From contig CAVRVI010000001.1 in the NCBI GenBank assembly GCA_963724635.1, positions 16,678-80,677 on the forward strand: a stretch of 64,000 nt of DNA, in the 5' to 3' direction. Position numbers and translations under genes: made by a program. Shown here one piece after another: positions 61,730 to 64,000 of this stretch; the stretch's first letter is position 1, and every line of letters begins with the position of its first letter. The notes under the pieces were generated by a model that searched no databases, was not told the origin of the DNA, and saw only the letters and a list, made by a program, of their open reading frames with translations. The stretch comes from an uncultured Chloroflexia bacterium. GTDB taxonomy: Bacteria > Chloroflexota > Limnocylindria > Limnocylindrales > CSP1-4.

Positions 61730-62929
61730 ATGACCACACCGCACGATCAGGATCCCTCCATCGACCTGCCGATCGCCGAGCCGCTCCGGCCGGCGAGCGC
61801 GCCGACCTGGACGGCGGTCCTCGACGCACCCGAGCGCATCGCCCCGGCGGCGACCACCGATGCCGTCGCGTTCTCCACCCGCAACGCCGGACCGGGCAAG
61901 CTGCGCGCCGGCGTGGTCGCCGGGGCGGCGGTCGCCCTTGCGGTCGGTGCCGTCGCGACCTCGTTCGCGGCTTCGCCGACCCCCGCGCCGACCACCACCG
62001 CACCCTCGACCACCACGGGCAACGTCGGGAACATGGGGGCCATGATGGCTCCCGCCCTCGTCGCCGATCCCGAGATCGGCGTGGGCGACACCTTCGATCA
62101 CGGCCGGATGAGCGGTCACGGCTTCAACGACATCACGATCACGTCCATCGACGGCACCAGCGTCGCGCTCAAGACCGCCGACGGCTGGACGCGGACCGTC
62201 ACCGTGACCGATTCGGTCAAGCTCACCAAGGGCGGCCAGGAGATCGCCCTGTCCGACCTCGCCGTCGGTGACGAGGTCCGGATCGAGCAGACGCGCAACG
62301 ACGATGGGACCTACACGGTCACCGGCCTCGCCGTGGTGGTGCCGAGCGTCCAGGGCACCGTCAGCGACCTCAGTTCGAGCGGGTTCAAGGTCACTGGCCG
62401 CGATGGCTCCGTTTGGACGATCACGGTCAACGGTTCGACCCAGTACCAGTTCGGCGCCGGAGACGGGACGCTCGCCGACGTCACCAACGGCGCGATCGTC
62501 GGGGTCCAGGGCGAGTCCACCGGCGACAACGCCCTGACCGCGCTGACCGTCCACGTCGCCGCGGATCGCGTCTCGGGCACGGTCAAGTCCAAGACCTCCG
62601 ACACCATCGTCATCACCCAGCGTGACGGCACGACCTTGACGGTCCATGTGGACGCCGACACGACCTATCGAGTCGGTGGTGTGGATACCGCCGATCTCGG
62701 CGACATCACGGTCGACATGGCCATCGGGGTCTCCGGCCGCGAGCGCTCCGACGGCTCCATCGACGCCGACGTGGTCATGGCCGGTGACGGCCACGGCCTT
62801 CGTGGGGGTCCCGGCGACGGTTTCTTCGGTGGAGGACCGGGTCGCGGCGGCTTCGGTCCGGGCAAGGGCGACGACGACGGAGCCGCGCCGGCAGCCACAC
62901 CGACGCCGTCACCGACCAGCGCCTCGTAG
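61730..62929 (+). CDS. Membrane-anchored protein with repeated DUF5666-like beta (OB-fold-like) units
   Basis: One TM helix, then repeats such as L.VGDEV.I, G.V, L.DVT.G..V.V.G; Gly-rich tail. Confidence 0.75.
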   Translation: MTTPHDQDPSIDLPIAEPLRPASAPTWTAVLDAPERIAPAATTDAVAFSTRNAGPGKLRAGVVAGAAVALAVGAVATSFAASPTPAPTTTAPSTTTGNVGNMGAMMAPALVADPEIGVGDTFDHGRMSGHGFNDITITSIDGTSVALKTADGWTRTVTVTDSVKLTKGGQEIALSDLAVGDEVRIEQTRNDDGTYTVTGLAVVVPSVQGTVSDLSSSGFKVTGRDGSVWTITVNGSTQYQFGAGDGTLADVTNGAIVGVQGESTGDNALTALTVHVAADRVSGTVKSKTSDTIVITQRDGTTLTVHVDADTTYRVGGVDTADLGDITVDMAIGVSGRERSDGSIDADVVMAGDGHGLRGGPGDGFFGGGPGRGGFGPGKGDDDGAAPAATPTPSPTSAS

Positions 62930-62982
62930 GCTCGTCGACCCCCCCGCGGGCGGCCACGCCGCCCGAGCAACCTCTCGACCCC

Positions 62983-63013
62983 GTCGTCTCCCCGACCCGG
63001 ACGACGGGGTCGA
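62983..63013. terminator. Hairpin between convergent genes
   Basis: TCGACCCCGTCGTC...GACGACGGGGTCGA; coordinates approximate. Confidence 0.55.
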
Positions 63014-63033
63014 ACCGTGTCCGGCGGCCTGGA

Positions 63034-63955
63034 TCAGGCCGAGGCGCCGTGGGCCATGGTGCCGCTCACAGGGCTCCCGACCGGCTGCGGCCGGGCGTCG
63101 ATGCTTCCGTAGACGCGGACGCCCAGGGCGACGCTGACCCCGGAGACGGCCAGGAACAGCACGATCGGCGCCACCTGAAGCTCGTCGGTCACGAGGCGCC
63201 TCGACCACGAGCATCGCGGCGATGCCGGCACCCATGGCGGCGCCCTTGACGACGACGATGGCCGCGAGGACGTATCCCACCGGGAGCCGGCGCCACACGG
63301 TCACCGCCGTGAAGATGCCCAGCGGGACGAGGAACCCAAGGTCGAAGGCCTGGACCACGAGGGTCGTGGCCCCATCGAGTTCCGCGACGACGGCCTCGCC
63401 CGCGGTCCTGGCGATGAGCGGGAGCCACAGGCCGGCCAGCAGCACGGCCATGAAGACCCCGAACCCGGCGGCGCCACGTCGCGGGAATTGTTCGCCGACC
63501 CCGGCCGCGAGGCGACGCAGGTCCAGGTCGGAGAGCAGGATCGCGATCGAGGACAGGCTGAGCGCGAAGGTCGTGACGTAGAGCGGGAAGAGCGGACCGT
63601 AGGCCAGGAACATCGCGTACTCGGCGTACTGGTAGAGGAAGTACGTGAGGACACCGGTCGCGAAGAGCAGCGCCCGGACCGAACCACGCCGCAGGGCCGG
63701 GAGGGTCACCAGCAGCGCCGGCACCACGAGGAAGAGGGTCACCCCGTCCCAGCCGACGCCCTCGGCAGCCACGGCCACCCCGTTGAAGCGGTACGTGCCG
63801 CCGGTCAGGACCTCCACGTCCTCGCCCCGGACCGTCGTGAAGAGCTGCGTCGCGAGATCGCCGCGCAGGAAGACCCCCGCCGCGCTCGCGAAGGCAGCCA
63901 ACACGCCGGTCAGGGCCACCAGGCCGACGAGCGGCCAGTTCCGGGGCTGTTCCAC
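63034..63955 (-). CDS. Polytopic membrane protein (indel near 63200)
   Basis: About 8 hydrophobic helices; YQYAEYA, FPLYV, DLGFLVP. Confidence 0.75.
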
Positions 63956-64000
63956 GGGTCCCTCCTAGGGATGCGTGCCGATGAGGTGGTGGCCGGTCCG

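Noticed and set aside
6564-63955. More than 20 frameshifted genes read as pseudogenes or programmed frameshifts
   Set aside because: The indels are single-base, scattered across unrelated and conserved genes (thiolase, kdpB, meaB, ABC ATPase), both sides keep intact motifs, and I saw no in-frame stops or shared slippery sites. Read or assembly error is the simplest explanation; raw-read pileups would confirm.

Overview
This is a very GC-rich (roughly 70% by eye) stretch of bacterial chromosome made up of housekeeping and accessory metabolism genes. The gene content suggests Chloroflexota or an actinobacteria-like lineage, but that is inference. There is no integrase, transposase, phage gene, rRNA or CRISPR-Cas locus. 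Many clearly intact genes carry single-base indels, most likely read or assembly errors, so several calls join two ORF-track frames. Main content, left to right: carA with a tandem PyrR-type leader; tRNA-Lys(CTT); an RCK/TrkA protein; an acyl-CoA cluster (ALDH, thiolase, acyl-CoA dehydrogenase, hbd, MFS, MeaB, B12 subunit) whose large mutase subunit lies 12 kb away and has isobutyryl-CoA-mutase residues; a DrrAB-type ABC exporter with a divergent MarR fusion; folE; arsR-trxA; a stand-alone CarH-type B12 domain; a 6S-like RNA; a J-domain fusion; a GNAT/DUF4032 operon; an ECF sigma coupled to an Ogt-Ada(Zn) fusion; glutaminase-STAS-cNMP; a class II UvrA; a BldC/Xis-like HTH with phased upstream repeats; and an expanded kdp locus with split KdpD. 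The best leads are (1) a ~190-bp three-palindrome non-coding element present twice, (2) the PyrR double loop with a coupled leader peptide, (3) the ECF/Ogt-Ada pair, (4) the extra kdp components, (5) the 6S-like RNA and (6) pervasive leaderless promoters. All family assignments come from motif recognition by eye; no searches were run.
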